A DNA stretch of 64,000 nucleotides from Candidatus Poribacteria bacterium (GTDB lineage Bacteria > Poribacteria > WGA-4E > WGA-3G), in assembly GCA_965242965.1 (NCBI GenBank), contig OZ251518.1, positions 768,001-832,000 on the forward strand, given 5' to 3'. A program made the translations under genes and the position numbers. This document shows positions 9,113 to 19,557 of this stretch, in pieces. A model generated the notes under the pieces. That model had not been told where the DNA came from, ran no database searches, and was given only the letters and a program-made list of their open reading frames with translations. Positions within the stretch are counted from its first letter, which is position 1. The number at the start of each line of letters is the position of its first letter.

Positions 9113-11014
9113 ATGCGAACCCCTGCCTCCGCCGAAAACATCACATGGCGCGCCATCCTCATCGGACTCCTGACGCTCCCACTCAATATCTACCTCGTCG
9201 TTCAGACAGAGACGGTGTGGACAACGCAGTATCCGACGACGATGGCGATTTTCTTTAACGCCGTCTTCACGCTATTTCTCGTCGCAATGCTCAACCTCCT
9301 ATTCACGCGTTACCTTCCGAAATGGCAGCTAACGCAGGCGGAGATGCTCACCGTTTACCTGATGGGGACACTGGCATGCGTCGTTTGTGGACATGACCTT
9401 TTGCAAGCAACGATGTGCGTTTTGGGACACGCAACGTGGTTCGCCACACCCGAAAACGAATGGCAATCCCTCTTCTTCCGATACATTCCCGATTGGATTG
9501 CGGTACTGGATAGGCGCGCCTTGACCGGTTATTATGAAGGCACCTCAACGCTGTTTGAGATTGAGCATGTCCGCGCGTGGTTGACACCCGTGTTATGCTG
9601 GACACTTTTCTTTTCCGCGCTTGCATTCTCGATGCTGATGCTCAACGTCATTCTGCGCAAGCAGTGGATCGAACATGAAAAACTGAGTTATCCTATCATC
9701 CTGCTCCCTTATGAGATGACGAAAAGCCCCAGTTTTTACCAGAATCGGCTCCTCTGGCTCGGCTTCGCCATCGGGTGCGGACTTGATTTACTCAACGGCA
9801 TCAGTTTCCTTTACCCTTACGTGCCGAGCATTCCTATTCGCCACGACATCGGGAGGCTCTTCACGGAGAAACCGCTGAGTGCGATAGGTTCAACGCCTAT
9901 CCATCTTAACCCTTACGCGATCGGTATCGGGTTTTTGATGCCCTTGGATCTTTCGCTTTCTTGTTGGCTGTTCTATCTTTTTTGGAAGGCGCAGCTTGTC
10001 TTCGGCGCGATGTCCGGGATGAATCAAACCCCCGGCTATCCGCATATTGACATGCAGTCGCTCGGCGCGTATTTCGGGCTCTGTTTCTTCGCGCTTTGGA
10101 TAACGCACAAGCATTTGTGGCAGGTCTTCCGTAATATTCTGGGCATTAAAAGCCGTGTAGATCCTTCAAATGAACCGATGGGGTATCGCGCCGCGTTCAT
10201 CGGGTTTCTCGTCAGCATCGCAATTGTGTTTGGATTTTGCTTGCGCGCGGGGATGTCGTGGTGGGGTGTGCTTGGATTTTTCAGCGTCCACTTTATCCTC
10301 GTGTTAGCGTTCACGCGGATGCGCGCCGAGCTCGGGACACCTACGCAGGATTTCTATCGGGCGGGTCCCGGGTTTTTCCTCACCTCACTTGTTGGTTCAA
10401 GAAAGATTGGCGCGCCGACGCTCACCGGCTTCGCTTTCCTCTACGGCTTCACGCGCAACTACCGTTCGCAACCGATGCCGAATCAATTGGAAGGGTTTAA
10501 ATTGGCGGACCGGGGTGGCATCAACGCGCGTCAACTTTTGTGGGTGATGTGGGGCGCGACGGTCATCGGGCTGCTCATCGGGTTCACGGCGTTCTTGCAT
10601 GCAGGCTACAAGCACGGCAGTTTAGGCACGTGGCGCGGACAAGAAGCGTTCAGCGATTTACAGCGATGGCTCACCTTCCCAAGCGATACGGATTGGCGGC
10701 ACCTCGGCTTCTTCGGCTTTGGAATATCGCTGACCTTAGGCACGCTTTTCATGCGGTTGCGGTTTATCTGGTGGCAACTGCATCCGCTTGCGTATCCCCT
10801 TGCAGGAAATTGGAACTTTGGTCGGCTTTGGTTTCCGGTGTTTCTTGCTTGGGCGATCAAATCTATTCTGATTCGGCACGGCGGTCTGGGTGCGTATCGC
10901 CGGGCGTTGCCGTTCTTCTTGGGCACCATGCTCGGCGAATTTGTGATGGGCAGTCTCTGGGCGATCTTGGGGTTGTTTTTGGAGCAGCGGATGTATTCGT
11001 TCAAGCATTGGTGA
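9113..11014 (+). CDS. Polytopic membrane protein, DUF6785/DUF6784-like putative transporter
   Basis: Many TM helices; ATPENEW, LRKQWIEHEKLSYP, TRMRAELG, HPLAYP and PFFLG motifs. Paralog of 23626-25569. Confidence 0.8.
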   Translation: MRTPASAENITWRAILIGLLTLPLNIYLVVQTETVWTTQYPTTMAIFFNAVFTLFLVAMLNLLFTRYLPKWQLTQAEMLTVYLMGTLACVVCGHDLLQATMCVLGHATWFATPENEWQSLFFRYIPDWIAVLDRRALTGYYEGTSTLFEIEHVRAWLTPVLCWTLFFSALAFSMLMLNVILRKQWIEHEKLSYPIILLPYEMTKSPSFYQNRLLWLGFAIGCGLDLLNGISFLYPYVPSIPIRHDIGRLFTEKPLSAIGSTPIHLNPYAIGIGFLMPLDLSLSCWLFYLFWKAQLVFGAMSGMNQTPGYPHIDMQSLGAYFGLCFFALWITHKHLWQVFRNILGIKSRVDPSNEPMGYRAAFIGFLVSIAIVFGFCLRAGMSWWGVLGFFSVHFILVLAFTRMRAELGTPTQDFYRAGPGFFLTSLVGSRKIGAPTLTGFAFLYGFTRNYRSQPMPNQLEGFKLADRGGINARQLLWVMWGATVIGLLIGFTAFLHAGYKHGSLGTWRGQEAFSDLQRWLTFPSDTDWRHLGFFGFGISLTLGTLFMRLRFIWWQLHPLAYPLAGNWNFGRLWFPVFLAWAIKSILIRHGGLGAYRRALPFFLGTMLGEFVMGSLWAILGLFLEQRMYSFKHW

Positions 11015-11021
11015 CGTGCAG

Positions 11022-11250
11022 GATAGGAGCAGGATTATCACGATTTAGAGCAGGATTTACACGATTATCACGATTTAGAGCAGGATTATCACGATTATCA
11101 CGATTTCCAGGATTAGGTTTCTGAGGCACCGGCGTGGTTGTGGCCTGCCGCAGGCGGTTGGGTGCCGCGCCAAACGTAATCTTGCTAAATCTTGAAAAAT
11201 CGTGTAAATCCTGCTCCTATCTTGCTAAATCTTGTAAATCCTGCTCCTAC
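11022..11250. repeat. Inverted array of CAGGATT/CACGATT short tandem repeats
   Basis: Left arm gataggagcaggattatcacgattta..., right arm ...aaatcgtgtaaatcctgctcctatc (twice). Confidence 0.85.
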
Positions 11251-11267
11251 GGTTTGCTGGCCGGATA

Positions 11268-11545
11268 CCGTAACGCGAGGGCCTGTCCCTCGCGATCGTT
11301 CGATGGTCCCGAGCATGGCGGGGGACAGGCCCCCGCCCTACGATGGCGCGGAAACTTCTTCTATACCGTAGCGCGAGGGCCTGTCCCTCGCGATCGTTCG
11401 ATGGCACGGAAACATCTTCTACGCCGTAGCGCGAGGGCCTGTCCCTCGCGAGCGTCCGATGGTCCCAGGCACGGCGGGGGACAGGCCCCCGCCCTACGAT
11501 GGCGCGGAGACATCTTCTATTCCGTAGCGCGAGGGCCTGTCCCTC
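11268..11545. repeat. GTAG-REP cluster
   Basis: Alternating forward and inverted GGGCCTGTCCC hairpins. Confidence 0.9.
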
Positions 11546-11554
11546 TACCGCGTG

Positions 11555-12109
11555 CTACGCCTCATCATTCTCAACCTGTCGTGCACGAAGTTCTTGGAGA
11601 ATCTCCACCACGGTCTCCATCTGTCCCTCTAGTTTCTCGACGCGCTGCGCGACAGAGACGGCTTCTTCACCAGCCTCATCTTCGTCAGAGGTGACTTCGA
11701 CGGTTTCGTGCGGCGTTTCGTCAGCCGGGCCGCCCCAGACTTCTTTCAGGAACGATGGCATCGATTGCTTCACCGCTTCGCTGACATCTTTCAGTTCATC
11801 GCCGATAGTCTTTCTGACCTGGGCGAAGTCAAAATCGTCACAGACTCCCTCTTTGAGGTAGCCTGCAACCTGATGGCAGGCGAAGCCGATATCCCCCAAA
11901 GAAGTGCTGGACTCCACTGGCTCAAACAGGCCTTCCGGCACTGCCCCCAATTCGGTGAGTCGGCTGAGCGCGTTATTAAACTGCCGGGCGCACCGCGCCT
12001 CGCTTTCATCCGCATCCACGAGATGCGAAGTTTCGACAACGTGCGCTGTCGTCTCCAACAGCCGCACGACGCGCCGGATTTCTTTTTGCGTTTCATGTTC
12101 GGTAGACAT
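11555..12109 (-). CDS. Hypothetical protein with acidic coiled-coil C-terminus
   Basis: AAGGAG SD before the ATG; natural amino-acid composition. Confidence 0.7.
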   Translation of the reverse strand: MSTEHETQKEIRRVVRLLETTAHVVETSHLVDADESEARCARQFNNALSRLTELGAVPEGLFEPVESSTSLGDIGFACHQVAGYLKEGVCDDFDFAQVRKTIGDELKDVSEAVKQSMPSFLKEVWGGPADETPHETVEVTSDEDEAGEEAVSVAQRVEKLEGQMETVVEILQELRARQVENDEA

Positions 12110-12280
12110 GGTTATCTCCTTTTCCGTTTTCTACTGCAGGACTGACGCGGTAGGCATGCACCCGCCCCTGCGGGAAAATGTTGCATCGCGTCTGTCCTAT
12201 ATGGTTTGTTTATATAGAGTCCCTTAAGGCGAAAAAGGATAGTAAAAAAATACGATTTTTTTTGATACGCGCGATGTCGG

Positions 12281-12809
12281 GGTAGAAGAGACCTCCTGGT
12301 CTCGATTTTCCCATAGCGCGGGGGACAGGCCCCCGCGTTGGCCATCGGCAAGATGCTGTCTTAGGTCCTTTAGGACCTTAATGTCTATAGAAAAACGTAT
12401 CGTTCCGTTATCAAGGTCCGTAGGACCTTAATAAAACACGCGTGGCCCTGGCAGAAACTATTAAGGACCTAAAGGACCTTAGAGCCTTTTACTTTTCGGC
12501 TGCTATAGACATTCAGGTCCTACAGACCTGAAGAGAACAAGAGACGTTTTTTCCGTAGCGCGAACGGAGGCTTTTCTCCTACCGTAGCGCGGGGGCCTGT
12601 CCCCCGCGATCGTCGTCGGTAGGGGAGCCCTCCCGGTCTCAATTTTTTCGCGATGTCTCTGTGGAGATCGAACGATGGCGAGGGGAACCCGCTCGCATGC
12701 GCGTGTGGCATGCGAGGGCCCTCGCCCTACGGTGAAGGGGGAGCTTTCTGCCGCCCTATTGCATCGAGACCGGGAGGGCTCTCCTACGGGGATTTATGAA
12801 ACCCCCTCC
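12281..12809. repeat. REP mosaic ending in an inverted terminus that overlaps the aminotransferase stop
   Basis: GTAG hairpins, AGGTCC module at about 12360-12530, terminus tttatgaaaccccctc at about 12793-12808. Confidence 0.85.
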
Positions 12810-14011
12810 GTTAATTGACCAACGTTCCGGCGCACCTTGATTGCCGCCTTAATGATGTCCTCCATATCTTCTTCGCTACCCATTAAAACGTTTTGACTCA
12901 GGGAGAGCCCTGTCTGACACACTTTCTCCGTTTCCGGGCAATGCACTTCGGCATAGTCAACGTTTTGCCCGAAAAGGTCTGATGCCAAGAACGCCTCGCG
13001 ATACATCGGCGTGGTATACCAATAGCCCATCGGGATGCCCTCGGCGCGCATGGCTTTGAGGAACGTCTCACGTGAGATGCCTTCAAACTCCTCGGAGTCG
13101 AAAATCGCTTTGTAGCCGTGACACCCGCCGCGCGTCGCGCGAGGATCGAGAGGCGTTATTTTGATGCCCGGAATCTCGCCGAACCAGCCGTCTAGCCACC
13201 GCATGTTCATGTGCCGATAGTTCGTCTCTTCCTCAAGCCGTGTCAATCGGGAGAGCAGCAGCCCCGCCTGCCATTCTGTCATGCGGAAGTTGCCGCCGAA
13301 GGGTTCTATGTTACCGAACTCGGCATCGGGAGGCGTGCGGCCACAGTTGTGCAGTGCCCAGACGCGTTCATACGCCTCCCTGTCGTTCGTCAAAATGATG
13401 CCGCCTTCTCCAGCGCATAAGTTTTTAGAAGATTGGAAACTGAAGCATCCGAAATCTCCCCAACTTCCGACACCGCGCCCGCGCCACTCGGCACCGTGCG
13501 CCTGCGCGCAATCCTCAATTATTTTCAGATTGTGACGGCGCGCGACCGCGATAAGCGCGTCCATATCCGCCGGATAGCCCGCGATGTGGACAGGCAAGAT
13601 GGCCTTCGTCTTGTCCGTTATCGCCGCCGCCACTTTGGTAACATCTAACAGGAAAGTATCCGGCGCAGTGTCCACAAACACCGGCACGGCGTGCGTCATC
13701 AGAATGGCAACAACCGTGGCTTGGAAGGTGTAGGCGGTGGTGATGACTTCGTCGCCGGGACACACACCGGCGGCTTTCAAGGCGATGTAAAGTGCGGATG
13801 TGCCGCTATTGACGCAAACGCCGTTCTGCGCGCCCTGAAATTCAGCGAATTGCCTCGCAAATTCCGGTACCATTGGGCCGCCAATACCCCACTGGCCGCT
13901 CTCATAAATGCGCGTGAATGCTTCCATATCGGCTGCATCAAGCGTGGGCCAGGGGGGAAAGGGTTTGGTGCGGACAGGTTCGCCGCCGTTTATTGCTAGT
14001 TTGGTTGCCAT
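12794..14011 (-). CDS. DegT/DnrJ/EryC1/StrS family PLP-dependent aminotransferase
   Basis: NSGTSAL, IIEDCAQAHGA, FSFQSSKN (PLP lysine), GEGG and NFRMTE motifs. Confidence 0.95.
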   Translation of the reverse strand: MATKLAINGGEPVRTKPFPPWPTLDAADMEAFTRIYESGQWGIGGPMVPEFARQFAEFQGAQNGVCVNSGTSALYIALKAAGVCPGDEVITTAYTFQATVVAILMTHAVPVFVDTAPDTFLLDVTKVAAAITDKTKAILPVHIAGYPADMDALIAVARRHNLKIIEDCAQAHGAEWRGRGVGSWGDFGCFSFQSSKNLCAGEGGIILTNDREAYERVWALHNCGRTPPDAEFGNIEPFGGNFRMTEWQAGLLLSRLTRLEEETNYRHMNMRWLDGWFGEIPGIKITPLDPRATRGGCHGYKAIFDSEEFEGISRETFLKAMRAEGIPMGYWYTTPMYREAFLASDLFGQNVDYAEVHCPETEKVCQTGLSLSQNVLMGSEEDMEDIIKAAIKVRRNVGQLTEGVS

Positions 14012-14037
14012 TTTGAGGTATTCCTTAAATTGTTGCC

Positions 14038-14445
14038 TGGCGAGGGACAGGTTTCCTGCGCCCTACGGTGAAACCGCCATGTTACCGTAGCGCGGGGGCC
14101 TGTCCCCCGCGAGTTTTCAGTAGACCGAAGCATGGCGAGGGACAGGCCCTCGCCCTACGGTATATCGGGCCTGTCCCCCGCGATTGACGAGAAAACCGCC
14201 ATGTTACCGTAGCGCGGGGGCCTGTCCCCCGCGATCTTTCAGTGGACCGAAGCCTGGCGAGGGACAGGCCCTCGCCCTACGGTATATCGGGCCTGTCCCC
14301 CGCGCGTGACAAGAAAACCGCCGCGTTACCGTAGCGCGGGGGCCTGTCCCCCGCGATCGTTGGCCTGGCGAGGGACAGGCCCTCGCCCTACGGTATATCG
14401 GATGCCCTTCGGCATGGCGAGGGACAGGCCCTCGCCCTACGGTAT
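14038..14445. repeat. GTAG-REP tandem cluster
   Basis: Repeated accgccatgttaccgtagcgcgggggcctgtcccccgcga / ggcgagggacaggccctcgccctacggtat units. Confidence 0.9.
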
Positions 14446-14486
14446 GTCGGGGGCATTCTCGACATGCCAGACGATGCCCGCGCAAA

Positions 14487-17400
14487 TTACTCATTCCGGA
14501 TGGTAAGAAGACTCGTTTCCTGTTCGGCAGAGAGACGCACGCCTCGGATCATATTCAACGAGACACCTGCGAACCGCTTCAACATCCGTTCCTGCTGCAT
14601 GTTCGCCAACTCTGTCAGACTCCCATCCGTCCGGAACAAGTGATACGGTTCAAGCACCGCTATCACCTCGGCAGTTTTCTCAGCGGCGATCGGATCGTTC
14701 GCGCAATCGCGTCTATCGCAAATTTCGCCGAGGGCGTAAATGCCGTTCCGTTTGACATCCTTATGCACATCGCCGCGCAGCTGATCTATGAGGATGTGGA
14801 TAACCGGGTCGAGTTGCGTGATAGGTAACGGCTGTTCATGCTCCCGACTCCCCATCTTCCCGAACGCCCAGTTGATGGCAATCCGGTCTGCCGCTACGCC
14901 ATACTCGATCAGTTGCTTCAAGTGCTCAAGCGCGTTCACGCTGTGGCAGCACTTGCCGATGGAATAAACGGCGTTCGGACGGACGGCTACGGGGGTATCC
15001 CGCGTAATCAGGTTAATCAGGTGCGATTCGGCGATGGGGAGCCCCGTTTTCCCGATTGCTTCCACCGCATACCGGACCACCGTTTTGATAACCTGCGGGT
15101 GCTTGTGCCCGAGTTCATCCGGGTTGCTCAGCGCAATACCGGCATCGCAAATGTCATAAAGGAGATCCGTGTCCGACGTTTTGGATGCCAAGTCACCGAG
15201 AAGCACCATCACCCGCGCCTTCCCGTAGTTGTTCACATAGGGGATATTTTCGAGGAGCGGACCGATGAACTCCTCGGCGTTCGTGGCGTGGGCGATTTTT
15301 TGACGCTGCCGGATAACCTGATCCATAATCGTCTTCTTGCGGTTCATCTGATACGTGCGCATGTAATGGGAGAAGTTTTTCTTCATCTCCGCGATTTCAT
15401 ACTGCACATCAAGCGTGGCACCCTCGCTCGGGGCACCGGGCCGGAATGAAGACGCGCCTGCTCTCGGACGAGTGCTCACTACACTGGGAGAGCGCGGTGG
15501 GGACGTGGACAGAGACGGAGACCTGGGCGCGGACATGGAACCGCGCTCGGTAGGCGTGTAAGCAGGGGGCCTGAAACTCGGCTGCTGAACGTTGCTTGCT
15601 TCAACCGCCGGACGGCTTCTCTCCACAGGTTCTTGTTCTTGTTCTTCCCCGGCAGAGCGGGTTGAATCAACGCTGACCGCGAACCGCTCATTAGGATTCG
15701 CCCTGGGCCAGCCTTCAACATTCATGATGCCGCGTTCGTCCACCTGCACTTGGAGGTAGATAGGCTCATTTTTCAGGAGTGGCCGCCGAAACCGCACGTT
15801 CCGCTCAAGGATACGGCGATTCGGGGGTTTCGTATCGTGCCGGCTGCCGAGGTAAAACGGAAGCCGCAAGGAAGGTGCCCCATCGCTGACTTGCAAGCCT
15901 TCGATAGGCTGTGGTTCCGACAACGGCAGAATCGTCCCTGCTTCCACGAGAGGTTTGACTCTCCCCCCGGCGATTTCAATGCCGATAGTGTCGTTGAGGA
16001 TGCGTGCAGGCTTGATGCCCCTGTGCAAGTCATAGTGATACACAACGGCACCGCGCGCGACAGCTTTGTCCGCGTCACCTGCGGTAATAGGTGGGAAGCC
16101 GAAGAACGTCTCCAACCGTTTTTGGATGGGATGGAGTTTCGTCATCCCGCCGTTGAGGAGGACAGCATCTACCTGCGGCATCGTTCCGAGTTTCCGTTCC
16201 GCTTTTCTTAAGACATCGAGGATAGGATAGATGATGTTATCACAGGCGGGCAGCGAGTCCAGTTGCGCGACAGAATCCAGCGTGAGTTGATTCGCGAGGA
16301 GCGGTTCAACGATGTCTTCGTATTCAGACAGCGTCAAATCGTATTGAAACACCTGATTTTCAAACGGCGTTTGCATCACCATCGTCTCAACTGTTTCCGC
16401 ATCAAAGTGCCTCATTAACTTGCTCGTCTCAATCTCGCTGCTCAGATCGATTTTGGCTTGTTCAGCGTATTCGCGGAAGTTACTCTTGAGCAGGTTCATT
16501 TGGAACTCATCCAAGTTATTGGGGAGCCTGTTCTCGTAAGCCGCGAAGAAATGGTCGGCGAGTTTCTGGTCGAAGTCATCTCCACCAATTTGCGTATACC
16601 GTGAGACAGCCAGGTCTTCGATGTTCAGGCGGAATTCGCTGTGTTCATAAGAGACTCTGTGTAAAGAGACATCTAATGTGCCGCCGCCCAGGTCAAACAC
16701 GAGGATGAGTTTCGGTATGTGGAAATTGATGAGGGTTTCCGGAATTTCCCCTTTGTCCTGTCTATTGATGAAATCGTAGAGCGCGGCGCGCGGTTCATCA
16801 AGCAAAATGTTGCGTGGGGTTCCATCGTCTTCGTGCGTTCGGAATCCGGCGAGTCGCGCGGCTTCAACCGTAGCTGCCCGCATATCAGAGTCAAAGGAGG
16901 CAGGGACGGTGATGACAACATCTTGGGGCATGAAGCCGAACAACGTCTTGGCACTCGCGGCGAGATGTGTGAGAATCTGCGATGAGATATCCGCTGCGCT
17001 ATAAGTGTTATTATCAAACTCATACTGCTTCGGTGTGCCCATTTCGCTTTTAACAGATTTCACTACCCGGCTCGTCTGCCGTCCTATCATCGTCTTTGCG
17101 TATTCGCCGACAATCGGCGGGCTGCTTTCTTTGAAATAGACGCACGAGGGTAACAACTCCTTTTTGCCCATGCCGCCCCGCTCAATCATCATGTTAATCT
17201 CCACGACTTTGGGCTCTAACTTGTTTGTCTGTGGATTGAGCGTTCCCCATCCCATGACAGAATTGGTTGTGCCTAAATCAATGCCGATGTAATAGTTCGG
17301 ATGCGCGGGTTCAGTCGGCGCGCTCGGCGCACTTGGTGCACTTGAGGCAATCGTTGGCACCGTAGCACGAGGCCCTGTTCCGCGCGAACCTTGCGGTAAA

Positions 17401-18155
17401 ATCGCCCTCGGCCCCGTCGGACGGTTAAAGGCAGGTGCCTGCATCTGTGACGTTTCTGACGTTGACGTATCCTGCGGTTGTGCAGTAGGAGGAGGTGCCT
17501 CGCGCGGTGTTACAGCCGCGTGTGGCTGAATTGTCTCTGGCGTGTCAGCAGGTGCCGCTTCAAGGTTCAAACTTGCCAGCACTTCGTGAAATTGCTCGTC
17601 GCTGATTTCCTGAACACTGCGTCTCCATGCCAATTTGATAGGGAATTCACCGGTATGCTCCCAGTTGACTTCAATAAATCGCGGACGCACGTGAGGATAG
17701 ATTACATCAGCAATAGGCAGTGATGTGCCGAGTCGCGTTATCGCCTGCGTCCAGTCGTAATAAGCGGTTTTGGTAACGGTGCCGATGCCGAGAATCTTGC
17801 TTAATCCGTGCCGTGCGATAACCTTGTCCCCTACCTGAATTTCGCGATGGAATTCCCAAACGATCTTCGCTGCCCGCGGTCCCCAGTCAAGTTGACATTC
17901 TTCGTTAAAATCGTCAAAGTGCGTCTGGAAATCTTCAAACGTCTCGTAGGTGTCTAAATGCCCTAACTGTTCACTCGGTGACACCTGTCCTCGGACTGCA
18001 GGCGGGATGCCTGCAGGCGAGATGACGGTGCCGTGTTGCGTATGGACTGCCCACCCTACGGCGATTGTTCCATGTTCTCTGTCGTGCTGCCAAGCATTCT
18101 GGAACAACTCGTCCGGTATCGTGGATTCCATAGGTGCGATAACCCAATACTTCAT
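14487..18155 (-). CDS. Multidomain Hsp70-family protein: N-terminal EVE/PUA-like domain, Hsp70 ATPase, C-terminal HEAT-like repeats
   Basis: GIDLGTTNS, ITVPASF, DEPRAA, FDLGGGTLDVS, GGDDFD, AEQAKIDLS and AVARGA. N-terminus YWVIAP...IAVGW...IQVGDKVIA...GIGTV...VNW. C-terminus VRYAVEAIGK / NAVYSIGK / GIYALGEI. Confidence 0.9.
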   Translation of the reverse strand: MKYWVIAPMESTIPDELFQNAWQHDREHGTIAVGWAVHTQHGTVISPAGIPPAVRGQVSPSEQLGHLDTYETFEDFQTHFDDFNEECQLDWGPRAAKIVWEFHREIQVGDKVIARHGLSKILGIGTVTKTAYYDWTQAITRLGTSLPIADVIYPHVRPRFIEVNWEHTGEFPIKLAWRRSVQEISDEQFHEVLASLNLEAAPADTPETIQPHAAVTPREAPPPTAQPQDTSTSETSQMQAPAFNRPTGPRAILPQGSRGTGPRATVPTIASSAPSAPSAPTEPAHPNYYIGIDLGTTNSVMGWGTLNPQTNKLEPKVVEINMMIERGGMGKKELLPSCVYFKESSPPIVGEYAKTMIGRQTSRVVKSVKSEMGTPKQYEFDNNTYSAADISSQILTHLAASAKTLFGFMPQDVVITVPASFDSDMRAATVEAARLAGFRTHEDDGTPRNILLDEPRAALYDFINRQDKGEIPETLINFHIPKLILVFDLGGGTLDVSLHRVSYEHSEFRLNIEDLAVSRYTQIGGDDFDQKLADHFFAAYENRLPNNLDEFQMNLLKSNFREYAEQAKIDLSSEIETSKLMRHFDAETVETMVMQTPFENQVFQYDLTLSEYEDIVEPLLANQLTLDSVAQLDSLPACDNIIYPILDVLRKAERKLGTMPQVDAVLLNGGMTKLHPIQKRLETFFGFPPITAGDADKAVARGAVVYHYDLHRGIKPARILNDTIGIEIAGGRVKPLVEAGTILPLSEPQPIEGLQVSDGAPSLRLPFYLGSRHDTKPPNRRILERNVRFRRPLLKNEPIYLQVQVDERGIMNVEGWPRANPNERFAVSVDSTRSAGEEQEQEPVERSRPAVEASNVQQPSFRPPAYTPTERGSMSAPRSPSLSTSPPRSPSVVSTRPRAGASSFRPGAPSEGATLDVQYEIAEMKKNFSHYMRTYQMNRKKTIMDQVIRQRQKIAHATNAEEFIGPLLENIPYVNNYGKARVMVLLGDLASKTSDTDLLYDICDAGIALSNPDELGHKHPQVIKTVVRYAVEAIGKTGLPIAESHLINLITRDTPVAVRPNAVYSIGKCCHSVNALEHLKQLIEYGVAADRIAINWAFGKMGSREHEQPLPITQLDPVIHILIDQLRGDVHKDVKRNGIYALGEICDRRDCANDPIAAEKTAEVIAVLEPYHLFRTDGSLTELANMQQERMLKRFAGVSLNMIRGVRLSAEQETSLLTIRNE

Positions 18156-19408
18156 GAGAGAACCTCCTGAACTTTTGGTTTGTTAATAACGATAGGCTCA
18201 CTCTCATCGTCGAGGAGCGCGCCTTCGTAAATCCAACCGGCGGAGATTACCTCCACCGTCTTCGTTTCCCCCGGGTCTTCCCAGTCCGAACCGATGTAGT
18301 CGTATGCATCGGATTCGCTGAGGGTTATCTCTATTTTGGACCCGACGGCCGCTTGCGGGCGAACGCCTTGCGTCTTGAGGAAACGGGTAAACATGCGAAT
18401 GGTAATGGGAATGAGTTCAAGTTCCTGCGGAACCTCTATCTCGCTTTTCCTTAAACCCTTGGCGAGTTCCTCCGCCTTGAGAAACTGGTCTAACAGGTTG
18501 CTGTGCTTCCCTGAGTTCATCTCGTGGAAGAAGGCGACGGTTGCCTCGTGTTTCGCTTCCTCACGGACGCGCACCAGTTCTTCGTTGACAGCTTCGAGCT
18601 GCTGCAGCGCGCTTTCCGCGGAGGCGCGCAAGTCGGCGTTTTCGAGGAGTGCTTCTTCAGCCGCTATCATATTTTCGTCTTCAATGAGGTCAAACGGGAT
18701 GTCGTCCTCAGGCGGAGAAGGCGAGGTACTTGGGGCGGCGCGTGATTCGGTGCGCGGCGCACTCTCACGCTGCGTCAAGGATTTGAGGAGCCCCTGTGCG
18801 TCGGTGTCGCCGAGGGCGCGCTCTTGTGCGGACTTTTTAGGCCGGAGTCCGCGCTCTATCGCGACGAGTTCGACGAGTTCATCCAAGAGTGTCTTAGACT
18901 GCTTAAAGTTCGCCAATCTCGCGGTATCGTGAAGGATGCCTTTATAGCCCACTGAGTCGGGGAGTTCGATATAAAAGGCATAGAGAATCGCCTTGGGTTC
19001 AATCGGCCGCGTATCCTGCGGTGAGAGGTGCGCGTATTCCTCTAACGGGTATGCGGCGAGGTAATTTTTCGCCTGCGCATACAATGCCCCGTAGTCGCTG
19101 TCGCCCGGGTCACCGGTTACGAATTCGGAGAGGCATTCGCCGATTTCGCCAATCTGTATCGCCCACGAAACGCGTTTCCTGGGCCCGAGATGATACTTGT
19201 CCAGTTCGTCTACGACGCGAAAAGGCAGGCGGCTCACACCCATGTCCTTTTTGAGTCGCGAGACGAGTTCGTTGGGACGGCTTTCGGGTGAATGTAATAC
19301 GGCGCGCGCCAAGTAGTAGGCGTTGAGTTGCCGCTCAACGAGGTATTTCTCTTGACTTCTACCCTTATGCCGATATTTCTTTATCAGCTCGCTGATTTTC
19401 AATTCCAC
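18152..19408 (-). CDS. Coiled-coil protein with GrpE-like C-terminal domain
   Basis: GTG start with AGAGGT SD. Long coiled coil followed by VEVISAGWIYEG...VINKPKV. ATGA overlap with the Hsp70 gene. Confidence 0.65.
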   Translation of the reverse strand: MELKISELIKKYRHKGRSQEKYLVERQLNAYYLARAVLHSPESRPNELVSRLKKDMGVSRLPFRVVDELDKYHLGPRKRVSWAIQIGEIGECLSEFVTGDPGDSDYGALYAQAKNYLAAYPLEEYAHLSPQDTRPIEPKAILYAFYIELPDSVGYKGILHDTARLANFKQSKTLLDELVELVAIERGLRPKKSAQERALGDTDAQGLLKSLTQRESAPRTESRAAPSTSPSPPEDDIPFDLIEDENMIAAEEALLENADLRASAESALQQLEAVNEELVRVREEAKHEATVAFFHEMNSGKHSNLLDQFLKAEELAKGLRKSEIEVPQELELIPITIRMFTRFLKTQGVRPQAAVGSKIEITLSESDAYDYIGSDWEDPGETKTVEVISAGWIYEGALLDDESEPIVINKPKVQEVLS

Positions 19409-19557
19409 GTAAGGTTACCTCTGTTATCTATCGGTAATATTTTAGAACGTTGGTAATTCTTTTAGACTGGACGCAGCACTAAACCCGTAAGCGCGGTTGC
19501 AAACCGAAGAATTGTGACATCTGCGTCAAGCCTATTTTCTTCATTCCGAAGCTTTCG

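Noticed and set aside
11134-11694. ORFs rich in VARGPVPR / RSARACPS / GGQAPALR (also 3955-4230, 14204-14494, 25645-25980, 27132-27416, 34421-34684 and others)
   Set aside because: These are translations of intergenic REP arrays in various frames, with no SD or domain evidence.
14487-19408. Housekeeping dnaK-grpE operon
   Set aside because: Extra N- and C-terminal domains, divergent substrate-binding region, no dnaJ or hrcA, and the GrpE-like protein is about twice the normal length.
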